NCBI GenBank assembly: GCA_965140785.1 | Contig: OZ223497.1 | Coordinates: forward strand, 96,001 to 160,000 | Length of the DNA stretch: 64,000 bases | DNA from: an uncultured Ruficoccus sp. | GTDB lineage: Bacteria > Verrucomicrobiota > Verrucomicrobiia > Opitutales > Cerasicoccaceae | Direction: 5' to 3' | In this document: positions 8,731 through 18,983 of the stretch, piece by piece | Layout of the letters: each line of letters starts with the position of its first letter | Numbering within the stretch: the first letter of the stretch is position 1 | Program-made: the position numbers and the translations under genes | The notes under the pieces: generated by a model | The model's database searches: none | What the model saw: only the letters and a program-made list of their open reading frames with translations | What the model was told of the DNA's origin: nothing

Positions 8731-9702
8731 ATGGCTAAGATAAACGAAATTGCAGAAATCGCGGGAGTGTCAGCAGCGACAGTCTCGCGTGTATTCAATC
8801 ACCATCCGAACATCCGCCTTGAGGTTCGCAAGCGTGTGTTCTCTGTGGCACGAGAGTACGGGTATCATCCACGCTTAACAGTGAAGCAGAAAAACGTGGT
8901 GGTGATTACGCCATACGATTCGGTGCTCCCGGTTCAGAGTTGTGTGGATATGATTCTGATGGCTCTAGTGCAGGAAATGTCGGAGCGGGGCTTTCGGTTG
9001 GAGATTCTTCCCGGGAATAATCGTGAGCGCCTTGATACGATTCAATTTTGCGCCGCCGTAGCGATTGGAACTGATCCCGATGAGTTTCGTGGCTGGTCGG
9101 AGCGTTTTGCCATGCCGCTGATTATTATGGATAGGGAGGGGGATGAAAGAAATTCCGACGTGTATTATGTTCGCTCGGACGAGAGTCAAGGGATGCGCCT
9201 TGCTCTTGAGCATTTATATCAATGCGGCTGCCGTAAGGTCGGGAGCATTATACATGGTTCACCTAATACAGGGAACGCAACACGGCGAAGGGACGGCATT
9301 GTTAGAGCGTTGGCTGAACTGGGGTTGCCGGGGGATGCGTCTCTGGTCTGTTTTTCCGGGCCCGGAAGTGACAAGTACATGGAATTGATTGGTAAGCTAC
9401 TCAAGCAGGGGATTGACGCACTTTTTTGCCCGGGTGGTAATGCCGGAATTGTTTCGCTTTACGCCTTTTCACTCTTCAACCGCCGAGTGCCTGAGGATAT
9501 TTCATTGATTGCTTCAGAGCAGTCGAAAATTTCTCAATATACGGTTCCTCCCTTAACAACGATTGTCCCCGATTATAAGCGGATGGCCGCAGCAACTGCG
9601 GATTTAATTGAAGCTCGAGTCGAGGGGGGGAATTTTCCGGCTGACACCATATTTCCTTATCACCTGATCTCAAGAGATAGTGTTGTAAGCCATGGGCTTT
9701 AA
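8731..9702 (+). CDS. LacI-family regulator
   Basis: INEIAEIAGVSAATVSRVFN; VPEDISLI; PPLTTI. Confidence 0.9.
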   Translation: MAKINEIAEIAGVSAATVSRVFNHHPNIRLEVRKRVFSVAREYGYHPRLTVKQKNVVVITPYDSVLPVQSCVDMILMALVQEMSERGFRLEILPGNNRERLDTIQFCAAVAIGTDPDEFRGWSERFAMPLIIMDREGDERNSDVYYVRSDESQGMRLALEHLYQCGCRKVGSIIHGSPNTGNATRRRDGIVRALAELGLPGDASLVCFSGPGSDKYMELIGKLLKQGIDALFCPGGNAGIVSLYAFSLFNRRVPEDISLIASEQSKISQYTVPPLTTIVPDYKRMAAATADLIEARVEGGNFPADTIFPYHLISRDSVVSHGL

Positions 9703-9875
9703 ACGACTTTCATCATTCAGAAATTAGGAGGTAGTACCCTTTTCTTATGAGGTTATTTTAATGGGTGCATGGGTAAGCACAGGGATGTATTTGTGCCTTC
9801 GGAAGTTCTTCTTAATCATTGGTGCACAATACAGCCCGTATTGATCCCGTAACATACCTCAATCCACACAATCCC

Positions 9876-10805
9876 ATGAAAAAATCAGTTGCGTCAAAAA
9901 TATGCAGAAAGACTAACGCCAGAATGATGTGCGCTTCTGGTTTGCTGGAAAGTGTTATTCGAAAGGCCGTTCTGCTGGGCTCGGTGCCTGTTTTATTGAT
10001 GGCATCGCTAAGCGCTCACGCCCAGACAGCAGTGCTTGAGTACTTGTTTGATGAAACGGCAACGATCTACAATCGAACTGCTGAGAACACCGGCAGCACC
10101 TCGGGCAATGACCTGATCATGCGCAACTCCAGCGGCAGTTATACGGACCTGCATGGAGCTGCTGGAAGCGGAGTGTCCGGGGCCCTCGGGGACCTTTCAT
10201 TTAACAACACTGGAGCGACCGGTATGGGCTCGGGTTACGCGGGAGGCTACGCTTCTGGCAGCGTAACGGTCGGGGAATTAACTGCGTTCACCCTGACTGG
10301 GTGGTTTAAGACGGACGGATCTATTATCGGCAACGGTGCCACTCTCATTGAGGGGGGAGGGATTAAACTCTCCGGTATCTCAAGTGATGGTCGGCTTTCT
10401 TTGAACGTGAATGGCGCGAGTGTAGTCAGCAACGCGCGTTACAATGCCCAGTCCGAGTGGGTTTTCTTTGCTATCAGCTATGATAGCAGTGTGTCCACAG
10501 ACAACGTGTATCTGTATGTTGGTGACGACAGTACATCCTCGTCTCTGGCGCGTTTTCAAACGGCGACCGTAGACGGAGGTTCCGTGACGATTAGTAATTC
10601 AACGTTCATAATAGGAGGCCACTATCAGGCCAATCCGTTTGATGGTGAGATGGACGATTTTCGTGTGTTTAATTCTGTCTTATCTCAGTCGGAGTTAGAA
10701 ACAGTGCGTCAGGGCGATATTTTTATTCCAGAGTCAGGGGCTACGTCAGTGGCGTTGGGAGCGCTTGCTATTTCTCTTGTCTGGGCGTATAAACGGAGGC
10801 GGTAA
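9876..10805 (+). CDS. LamG/concanavalin-like surface protein with a PEP-CTERM-type anchor (IPESG)
   Basis: Signal peptide ending AHA|Q; FTLTGWFK, WVFFAISYD, FDGEMDDFRVFN; IPESG, TM helix, KRRR. Confidence 0.85.
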   Translation: MKKSVASKICRKTNARMMCASGLLESVIRKAVLLGSVPVLLMASLSAHAQTAVLEYLFDETATIYNRTAENTGSTSGNDLIMRNSSGSYTDLHGAAGSGVSGALGDLSFNNTGATGMGSGYAGGYASGSVTVGELTAFTLTGWFKTDGSIIGNGATLIEGGGIKLSGISSDGRLSLNVNGASVVSNARYNAQSEWVFFAISYDSSVSTDNVYLYVGDDSTSSSLARFQTATVDGGSVTISNSTFIIGGHYQANPFDGEMDDFRVFNSVLSQSELETVRQGDIFIPESGATSVALGALAISLVWAYKRRR

Positions 10806-10920
10806 TCGTCTTTCCATTGTGGGATATTTTTCATTCATTTGCACATAGTTTCATCAACTGCGATTGCTCGTTTATCTCGATCGGGCACGAGGTATTAATT
10901 GCCAAATAAGATTACGATAC

Positions 10921-12048
10921 ATGAATAACAGACCTATCATCTGCACATACTATTTTCCGAATTGGCATGTGGATGCCCGAAATGAAGAAATTCACGGGAA
11001 GGGCTGGACGGAATGGCGAGTTGTGCAGCATGCCACGCCACGGTTTCCCGGCCATGAACAGCCAAGAGTCCCCCTGTGGGGATACACCGATGAGGCCGAT
11101 CCGACAGTCATGGAACAGAAGATTCAGGCTGCAACGGATAACGGAATCGATGCATTTGTATTTGACTGGTATTATTACGTAGATGGGGCTTTCCGTGAAC
11201 GCTGTCTTCAGGAAGGTTTTCTGCCGGCTGCCAATTGTCACGATATTAAGTTTGCCCTGATGTGGGCTAACCACGACCACGGGTACGCTCATCCAGGCAA
11301 TTATTATCGGCCAGTCGAGTCGATGTGGTCAGGAGATATCAGTCCGGAAACATTCTATAAGTGTACGGAGTATCTTATTCAGTCTTACTTCAGTCAGCCC
11401 AACTATCTCAGGGTAAATGATGCCCTTTATTTTTCGATACACAACCTGAAGAACCTGGTGAAATCGTTGGGAGGTATTTACGCCACAGGGCTGTTTTTCA
11501 AGGATCTTCGCCACCGTGTTGAAAAGGCCAATTTGGGCAAAATACACCTTGATGGCATGCTGTACTCGGCGGGTGATCGGGATAATATTCCTGAAATCAA
11601 TGATTTCGTAGAAAAGGTCGGATTAGACAGTCTTTCTAATTACTCCAACCTTCGCGGTGAGGGCTTTCCTTCCTTTGAATACGATGAGATGACTCGTCTG
11701 GTAGGGCCTGAAATGGAGCGGATCAGCCAGGATCTCTGTATTCCCTATAATCCCGTCATTACAACCGGTTTTGATAACAGCCCAAGGACCGTTCAGTCGG
11801 ATATGTTTGAAAGAAGAGGATACCCTTTCAATGAGGTGGCGATTAACAATGGTCCCCAAAATTGGGAAGCATGTCTGAATGTTGCGAAGAAGTTTATCGA
11901 TTCCGGCAAATTCACAGGAGATATCCTGCATTTGTCATGTTGGAACGAATGGACAGAAGGGGCATACCTTGAGCCTGACACCCAATACGGCTATGCGAAG
12001 CTTGAAGCCGTGAAAAAAGTTTTTGGGAAAAGCCTAGTATCCGACTAG
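10921..12048 (+). CDS. GH99-like/WbsX-family glycoside hydrolase
   Basis: YYFPNWH, GWTEW, PLWGY, FALMWANH, WNEWTEGAYLEPD. Confidence 0.85.
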   Translation: MNNRPIICTYYFPNWHVDARNEEIHGKGWTEWRVVQHATPRFPGHEQPRVPLWGYTDEADPTVMEQKIQAATDNGIDAFVFDWYYYVDGAFRERCLQEGFLPAANCHDIKFALMWANHDHGYAHPGNYYRPVESMWSGDISPETFYKCTEYLIQSYFSQPNYLRVNDALYFSIHNLKNLVKSLGGIYATGLFFKDLRHRVEKANLGKIHLDGMLYSAGDRDNIPEINDFVEKVGLDSLSNYSNLRGEGFPSFEYDEMTRLVGPEMERISQDLCIPYNPVITTGFDNSPRTVQSDMFERRGYPFNEVAINNGPQNWEACLNVAKKFIDSGKFTGDILHLSCWNEWTEGAYLEPDTQYGYAKLEAVKKVFGKSLVSD

Positions 12049-12220
12049 ATACCTTTTTTATGTGTCCTTTATTTTACTTTATTGAAACGGACCATACATG
12101 AGAACTTAGCCCCATATCGAGTATATGCGTGCATAGGTATGATCGCTCCTTTGTGAGTTTGCCCGTTCTGGCATGATCCTGATCCTTGTTTGTCCTATCA
12201 TCTATCCAACCCGTTGCCCC

Positions 12221-12421
12221 ATGAAAAATACAGTTGCCCCGTATATGTGCACTTGGTTGAAAGCTGCCACGGTATGGTTAGTTTTTTACCGTTGGCTTTG
12301 TCTGTTCGCTGTGTGTGTTGAGCACAGGTTGTCATTCAAGGGGCGCACGCGCAGACAGCTGAGCTTAAGTTTCCCAACCGATGGCCGACTCGCTTGGAGT
12401 GTGAACGGCACTCAAATGTGA
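12221..12421 (+). pseudogene. Decayed, internally deleted third copy of the LamG/PEP-CTERM gene
   Basis: Three short blocks resemble 9873-9893, 10011-10041 and 10385-10414. Confidence 0.55.
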
Positions 12422-12543
12422 TTAGACTTATGTGTGCTAAAAAGCCGTTAAATGTCAATGGTGATGGTAGTATTCATATATGTCTGTGATCTGTTGATTT
12501 CATGAAATTATTTTTGTTTTAAATCATAAGATTGATTATAGAA

Positions 12544-15399
12544 ATGACTAATTCTAATATTAAATATTTAAAATATGGCAGTACGCCTATCTCGACTTAC
12601 CCGGGTGATGCTGATTTTAATGCCATTGAAAGGGGATATTTCGAACACGACGGGAATGTGGGGATTGCCACCCCGTCTTCCATCGTCTCATTCGACCAGA
12701 AAACCGGCTCCATTTGCCATCTTATAGACAGAAAAACCGGAGCGGATTTTATTTCTTCGCGCGCAGAACTTCCCATCTTTGAGTTCATGCTGGGTTTTGT
12801 GGAAAGCGATAAGGCTTGTGCCCATACAGTTTCTGCGCAACCCGTTTTTCTCGAAGATAACCAGATTAATATCGCCCAGTTTGTCGACACCTTCAACCCG
12901 AAGAGCTATGCAGTCATCTTCAACGAGTTTCACTCCTCCGAGAGTGGAATGGTTCGTCTTGGAGTTGCAGCAGACTGGTGGCTTGAGCTGTATATAAATG
13001 GCGAATGCGTGTACGCCAGCAAAGAAAGAGCCGGAAACGAGACCAACAATTTCTCGCCGGATAATCACGTCATAGAATTCCCGGTAAAGGAAGGGACCAA
13101 CATACTTGCCGCTAAAGTAATCAGCGGTTCGGGAGGATGGCGTTTTGTCTGCGGGAACCCCCTAAAAACCCAACCTGGAGAAACGGTACGCGAATGCGCC
13201 GATCTGCTTAACAAGCAGTGGTTGCTTTTTGTCGACACCTTAAAAGACGTGGACATGTCAGTGATTCCTCAGCAACTGCCGGGGATAAGTCCTCCCGAAC
13301 GCATCAAAGCGGATCAGTTCACGGATGTACGGACAGAACGCAAGGCTCTCGGGAATGTTATTCTCTCCTTTTCCAAGCATCCGGTATACCCATTGAGTGT
13401 GTCGGTCGAAATATCGAGCGACCCGCATGGGCTTATCCACATGCGAATAGCGATAGCAAATCGCTCAGAAGGTGTTGTCAGCAATATCCAGTTTCTCAAG
13501 CTTCAAGTGCCCAGAGAACTGGGAGGAGACAACGGCGCCGGGGGGTACCTGGTTGCTCCGTCTGCATCCGGAGGATTCCTTGTGTCTTCTCCGTGGGACA
13601 AGACTATTGTGGTGACCGGCCTGTACCCAATCACGATGAACACACAGTTTGTCGCGTTGTATAACGATCAGGCGGGTTTGTTCGTCGCAACTTTCGATAG
13701 CGAAGGTAATTACAAGAAGATGTCCGTCTCTATGGAGAAAGGAAACGATCTGAGAGTGGGGGTCGAACATCTGCAGCCCGAAGTCCCGGGAGTAGATGTA
13801 TCACTAACCTATGATACGGTTATCGGGACCTATAACGGGGATTGGCGTGACGCTGCGGATTTGTATAAACAATGGGCGGTGCAGCAGCCCTGGTGCGCAA
13901 GAACTATATCTGAGCGTGAAGACCTGCCATCATACTTTACCGAAGGGGCTGCTCTGCTGGCTGTGCCATTTCTCCACGAAATGCCACAGTACAAGCTTTT
14001 TCCATTTGAGATGATTGAACGGCTTCCGGAAATTGCCGATCGCTATCGCCAGCAGACAGGACTTCCGCACATAGGATTTGCTCCGTTTGGCTGGGAAAAC
14101 AGGGGATGCTGGGCGGGGATCAACTATTTTCCGGCCAGGCCGTCAAATGAAGTGTGGAGGAAAATAAATCGTGAGTTGAAGTCTGGCGGAAACTTTACGT
14201 TCATGATGCCCTCTGGCTATAAGTGGGTTGTAAAACGTCAGGAAATCGAGCGCATGGGGCCGGCCTTTGATGACACGTCTGATTTTGAGGCCCGTCAGGA
14301 AATGCTAGTTCGCAACGCGGACGGGACTCCCTGGCTACTGGATGTCTACGACGATACCACTCACCACAGCGGCGTAACCGCCATGCTGTGCCAGAGCAGC
14401 AAAGAGGCCCAAAAGACCATGTACCGGATATTTATGGACATTGTCGAGCTGGGCTCCGACCTGATCCAGTTCGACCAAATGCACGGAGGATGCCAGCAGA
14501 TACCCTGCTACAGCAAAACCCATGGCCATCTGCCCGGCTATAACAAACAGTATTTCCACGATTTCAGTAAGCTCTGTGAAAAGATCCGCCAGGATGCCAA
14601 AGAGATTTGCCCTGAGTTCGGGATGAGTACCGAATCCTGCGGCGAGCTAGCCATTCCCTACATGGGAACAATGTGGGGTCGCCAATGCTCGGAGGTTGGA
14701 GAAACACAGATCGGTGCTGAGAGTCTTGCTGTATTCTCATACATCTACCACGAGTATATGCCCGTCCTCGGTGACGGATTTTCGCTGGGGCAGGGGATGC
14801 GCGCCACCCTGGGCTCGGCCGAGCTGCGCTGCTTCAGGCTTGCCAAGGTATTGACCCGAGGGTTGATCCCCACCGTTTACATGGAGCAGGTGCCTCTCGA
14901 TCCCAAAAATGAGTGGCAGGAAAAGGTTTCCCGGGCTTTCTTTTCCTTTTGCAAGCCTTTTGCCCGGTTCCAGGAATATCTCATTCGGGGCATTACCCGC
15001 CGTCCGCCTGCCATTGAATGCGCGGAGCAGGAAGTCTGGCACTATATGGCAGATCCGTATGGCCAAGAGCAATTGTCCGATGGACGAAGGGCAACCAAAG
15101 TGACAATCCAGCGTCCCACCGTCATTGCCGGAACCTTTGAGGCGGAGGACGGATCGTTTGGAACGGTCATCGTCAATGCCACTCCACACTTACAACAGGC
15201 CAAGCTCATGCATGCAGGGAAAGCGTTCCAGTCTTCCCTTTACCGGGTTGACCGTGCGCTTGAGTGTGAGATTGATCGTGACGAGGCAGAAATATCACTC
15301 CAGTTAGAGCCGTTTGGGGTGAGGATGCTCATTAGTCGGACCTGTGCTAACGGTGACCCCGGGAGTGCATTTCGCACGAGCGATCATCTTTCTAGTTAA
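12544..15399 (+). CDS. Large putative glycoside-hydrolase-like protein (beta-sandwich insert plus TIM-barrel-like core; DUF6259-like)
   Basis: ~950-aa ORF; ADWWLELYING...VISGSGGW beta-sandwich; GDWRDAADLYKQWA, QFDQ, STE; family assignment tentative. Confidence 0.6.
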   Translation: MTNSNIKYLKYGSTPISTYPGDADFNAIERGYFEHDGNVGIATPSSIVSFDQKTGSICHLIDRKTGADFISSRAELPIFEFMLGFVESDKACAHTVSAQPVFLEDNQINIAQFVDTFNPKSYAVIFNEFHSSESGMVRLGVAADWWLELYINGECVYASKERAGNETNNFSPDNHVIEFPVKEGTNILAAKVISGSGGWRFVCGNPLKTQPGETVRECADLLNKQWLLFVDTLKDVDMSVIPQQLPGISPPERIKADQFTDVRTERKALGNVILSFSKHPVYPLSVSVEISSDPHGLIHMRIAIANRSEGVVSNIQFLKLQVPRELGGDNGAGGYLVAPSASGGFLVSSPWDKTIVVTGLYPITMNTQFVALYNDQAGLFVATFDSEGNYKKMSVSMEKGNDLRVGVEHLQPEVPGVDVSLTYDTVIGTYNGDWRDAADLYKQWAVQQPWCARTISEREDLPSYFTEGAALLAVPFLHEMPQYKLFPFEMIERLPEIADRYRQQTGLPHIGFAPFGWENRGCWAGINYFPARPSNEVWRKINRELKSGGNFTFMMPSGYKWVVKRQEIERMGPAFDDTSDFEARQEMLVRNADGTPWLLDVYDDTTHHSGVTAMLCQSSKEAQKTMYRIFMDIVELGSDLIQFDQMHGGCQQIPCYSKTHGHLPGYNKQYFHDFSKLCEKIRQDAKEICPEFGMSTESCGELAIPYMGTMWGRQCSEVGETQIGAESLAVFSYIYHEYMPVLGDGFSLGQGMRATLGSAELRCFRLAKVLTRGLIPTVYMEQVPLDPKNEWQEKVSRAFFSFCKPFARFQEYLIRGITRRPPAIECAEQEVWHYMADPYGQEQLSDGRRATKVTIQRPTVIAGTFEAEDGSFGTVIVNATPHLQQAKLMHAGKAFQSSLYRVDRALECEIDRDEAEISLQLEPFGVRMLISRTCANGDPGSAFRTSDHLSS

Positions 15400-15556
15400 A
15401 GTAGTCATCCATCTCATGATTTTTTCGCGATTCACCCCATGTGCTGACGGAGGCTAACAAGCTCGCTCGGTAGCACGACAATCTCCATTGGAAGCCATGC
15501 CTTGCATATGCGTTTGCTGGGAGTTCACCTAAGATGCTTGAACGACATAAAGTAAA

Positions 15557-18004
15557 ATGAATAATTATATTAATACTAAACTCGAAGTTAAATTCACGTC
15601 ATGCCTACAGTTTCTGCCCTTTCTATTCATCTTTTTACTGTCGTTTTCGCTGGGGCATGCTGAGGAGACTATGCCAATGCCATATGAGGGCACCTTGCTG
15701 CCTCAGGCAGACTCTCCAGAGTATGTAAGACAGGGGCTTGAAGCTATTGCCAGGAATGGTCAATTTCCCATGCCGACCCGGACTTGGGAAAAAGTCGGAC
15801 TTCCTGAAGGGGTCGAGAAACAGGTTTGGGACGCTTGGGCACCCGGAGCACCCCGGAAATGGAAGAATGTTTCACCAGGATATACTAACGTTGTTTACGA
15901 TGCCAAGGTATGTGACGGGGTGGTCAGCCTGCTGCTCGATGGTGGCGGATTAGTCCAGTCCGCGGACGGAGGAAAGTTCTGGGAGCCGGTTTCGCATCAT
16001 TTGACCTACTCGCCGACAGGTTTTTATTCCTTTGATATTAATCCAGCCGATCCGGATATTATTGCAGTCAGCGGATCGGTCATCAACCGATCCCTTAATG
16101 GCGGGCGCAGTTGGGAAACGGTTTGGGATAATACGGTTCCAGCCATGATTCCCACGCCGACGACTGTCAATTTCGAGAGCAAAAAAGAAAAGCGCGCATT
16201 ATACCGCAACAGCATGGCGTTTGGTCGTATCCGATTTAATGCGGACGGTTCGCGTGTTTTTACAGCACCGGGCGGTTTGGGGCACAACTTGAGGCCTCGT
16301 AAGTACATCGAGAATGAGATGCGTCTTAATCTGGACAATAGAAAGTATATTTATGTCGGCGATGGAAGCGTATCCGATTTCAAGGCGATTGATCTTGGCA
16401 CCTTTGCCGGAGTGAGGAGCATCAGCCCTCATTTATCCAACCCAGACCTGGTTTACGTCTCGTTTTCAGATGGAAGTATTTTCGTATGCCGCAACGCGTG
16501 CAGCGAAAATCCGGAATTTACGAACCTTGAGTTGCCTCAGTCGATGCAGGGGCTGCAAGCGGTGTCCGTGGATATTTCCCCAGATGATGAAAACACCCTG
16601 TTATTGGTCATGGTCGATCAGGGGGAAGATCCGTTCGCCCGAGACAAGCTTTATGTCGCTACGGTATCGGGGGACGCGCTCAGCTGCCGGGAGTTGAATG
16701 CCGGGAACGAACGCTTTACCTCGGCGAAATACAATCCCCTTAATGGACTGGAAGCGTTCTTCGGTAAGTTCGGCAGTGGCAAGTCCTACGTCATTTCAAC
16801 GGATGGTCTTCAGTCCTTTGAAGTGCGGCGGTTTCCCGAAGAGCTTTTTCCCTCTGAGCACGTCACCGGCTACAAATACATCAGTTGGTTTGCTTTCGAC
16901 ACAAAGAGCACATTGGCGATCGCCTATTCCTTTACAGGGGCATGGTTGACCCGGGATGGTTTCAACACAGTTGAAGAGCTGGTGATGAAGCATGATCAGG
17001 AAAATCGATTTTTTGGAAACAAGGGAGTCGGTTTTGCCGAGTGCGCTAAGTCTGCATGTATCCGTGGCATGTACACCTATATCGCGACGAATGACCATGG
17101 TGCCTGGAGAAGCAAAGGTGATGACACGAGCATGTGGGAAAAAATATCGGACAATCCGGGGATGCCCAAGTCAGACCATAATAATAACCGTCTGGCCTTT
17201 CCTATGGCCGTCTCTGACGACGAGGAATTTGTTTACCTCGTCTATCGCACCCGCAATTATTCCAATGAAGACCACAAGCTGATGCAATCCACAGACTGGG
17301 GCGACAGCTGGCAGGATATTACCCCTCGCCTGGGGGTGGGAGATGTTGTTGAAAATGGTATCGAGGATATATTTTTCGATCCGGAAAACTCCGCCAACCA
17401 ATGGATACTCTCGGGTGACGAACTCTTCTACTCTGGAGACGGAGGGCAGACATTCTCCATGTTCAAGTCCCCGGCCCGGAAGGCTAATTTTGCCTATGAC
17501 AGTCCCCACGGGATACTCTATGCAAGCAACCGAGATATCCTTATGGAAAGTCGGGATATGGGTGAAAACTGGACGCCGCTCCCTTATCGCTTCAGTAACC
17601 GGATTTACGCTCTCTCGCTCGTGAATGAGAGCGATCTGGTAATCGCCGATGATGGCCGGTTGATTGTGATCCCATTCGATGCAATCGGTAAAGGCGAAAT
17701 AGATCAGGAAATGATACGCCTGACTATTGGTGAAAACCCTTCCGAAGCTGCCTACGGCCTGCGCACGTTCAAGCCGATCGTATGTCATGAGGGGAAAATC
17801 CTTACTTTCACCTCTGACGGGGTGAACCGGAGCAACGCAATGAAATCCCTTGGTGCGCTTCTGTCCGATGATCAGGGAAAAACTTTTAAGTGGATCACTT
17901 ATGACATGCCCAATTCATCTGATGTTTACGGCTGCGACATGAGCGATGAAAAAATCATCTTCGGCAATCGGGGAATCTTTGAGCTGGATATTTCCGGCCA
18001 ATGA
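15557..18004 (+). CDS. Secreted BNR/Asp-box repeat beta-propeller protein
   Basis: Signal peptide; repeats SADGGKFW, SLNGGRSW, STDGLQSF, STDWGDSW, SGDGGQTF, SRDMGENW, SDDQGKTF. Confidence 0.82.
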   Translation: MNNYINTKLEVKFTSCLQFLPFLFIFLLSFSLGHAEETMPMPYEGTLLPQADSPEYVRQGLEAIARNGQFPMPTRTWEKVGLPEGVEKQVWDAWAPGAPRKWKNVSPGYTNVVYDAKVCDGVVSLLLDGGGLVQSADGGKFWEPVSHHLTYSPTGFYSFDINPADPDIIAVSGSVINRSLNGGRSWETVWDNTVPAMIPTPTTVNFESKKEKRALYRNSMAFGRIRFNADGSRVFTAPGGLGHNLRPRKYIENEMRLNLDNRKYIYVGDGSVSDFKAIDLGTFAGVRSISPHLSNPDLVYVSFSDGSIFVCRNACSENPEFTNLELPQSMQGLQAVSVDISPDDENTLLLVMVDQGEDPFARDKLYVATVSGDALSCRELNAGNERFTSAKYNPLNGLEAFFGKFGSGKSYVISTDGLQSFEVRRFPEELFPSEHVTGYKYISWFAFDTKSTLAIAYSFTGAWLTRDGFNTVEELVMKHDQENRFFGNKGVGFAECAKSACIRGMYTYIATNDHGAWRSKGDDTSMWEKISDNPGMPKSDHNNNRLAFPMAVSDDEEFVYLVYRTRNYSNEDHKLMQSTDWGDSWQDITPRLGVGDVVENGIEDIFFDPENSANQWILSGDELFYSGDGGQTFSMFKSPARKANFAYDSPHGILYASNRDILMESRDMGENWTPLPYRFSNRIYALSLVNESDLVIADDGRLIVIPFDAIGKGEIDQEMIRLTIGENPSEAAYGLRTFKPIVCHEGKILTFTSDGVNRSNAMKSLGALLSDDQGKTFKWITYDMPNSSDVYGCDMSDEKIIFGNRGIFELDISGQ

Positions 18005-18032
18005 TTTGCCGAATTATAGAGTTAGTGATGCT

Positions 18033-18974
18033 GTGAGAAACGCTGTTATACATAGAGTCATAATCCTTCTGGCGGCAGTCTGCTTCGGGGGACCCTTAAT
18101 GCGCGCAAAAGAGGAGATTTTAAATACAGAATCGTTGGTCTCTTTTTTTCCGGGTTTGTACAAGCGGACACCGCTGGATTGCCCGGAGCGAATGGCTGTC
18201 AATCGTATCAGAGATAAATACTGGCATCGGGAGGATTTTAAAATCTTGAGAGGCGAAATCAAGGCCTCCGATCAGGAGTTCCAAAACGCGATGCAAGAAC
18301 TAACCAAGTTAAGGGAATTAATTCGGCAAGGCCAGACTTGGCCAATCAGGCAGCGTGAGAAATGCTGCATTCCCTATGCTGCCTCACCACCTCTGGTCAA
18401 TGGTGACGATGACGGGCAGGCGTGGGATAATGCTCTTGTTTTTTCCGGTGAATATCCTTTGGGAAGCTTGGATAAGGTCCACTCCGAGATTGTTTTTCGC
18501 CTGCTTTGGGATGAGCAATTTCTATATGTCAGCGTAACTGTTCACGACCTGGATATTAACAGTATATCAGCCGATGAAAATTCTAAGCTAGGACCATGGG
18601 ATGCCGATTGCGTGGAGATATTTATCATGCCGAGCATGCGTATGAAGAGTTACTGGGAGATCGTGGTGAACCCAAACAACGAGGTCTATGACGGATTACA
18701 CTCCAGTAATAAACTAGGTGGATTTTCGAGCCACCCGGAAGAAGACCTTGAGGGTCTGAGGCATACCGTAAAAAGAACGGGATCAGGATATGTCGTACAA
18801 GTAGCCATTCCTTTTAATGAGCTTCCTAATTATATGTTGGGGAATAAGCCGGAAAAGGGACAAATCTTGTATTTTACGGTACTAAGAGTCGATAATGGTA
18901 ATCGTAGTGCGCTACGCCCTCTGCTTTATGACGGGCACAATATTTTCGGATATCAAGAAGCAACGTTAAATTAA
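18033..18974 (+). CDS. CBM9/DOMON-like sugar-binding domain protein
   Basis: LLWDEQFLYV, WDADCVEIFI, YWEIVVNP, VAIPF; GTG at 18033 gives a signal peptide (ORF open from 17946). Confidence 0.75.
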   Translation: MRNAVIHRVIILLAAVCFGGPLMRAKEEILNTESLVSFFPGLYKRTPLDCPERMAVNRIRDKYWHREDFKILRGEIKASDQEFQNAMQELTKLRELIRQGQTWPIRQREKCCIPYAASPPLVNGDDDGQAWDNALVFSGEYPLGSLDKVHSEIVFRLLWDEQFLYVSVTVHDLDINSISADENSKLGPWDADCVEIFIMPSMRMKSYWEIVVNPNNEVYDGLHSSNKLGGFSSHPEEDLEGLRHTVKRTGSGYVVQVAIPFNELPNYMLGNKPEKGQILYFTVLRVDNGNRSALRPLLYDGHNIFGYQEATLN

Positions 18975-18983
18975 AAAGTATAA

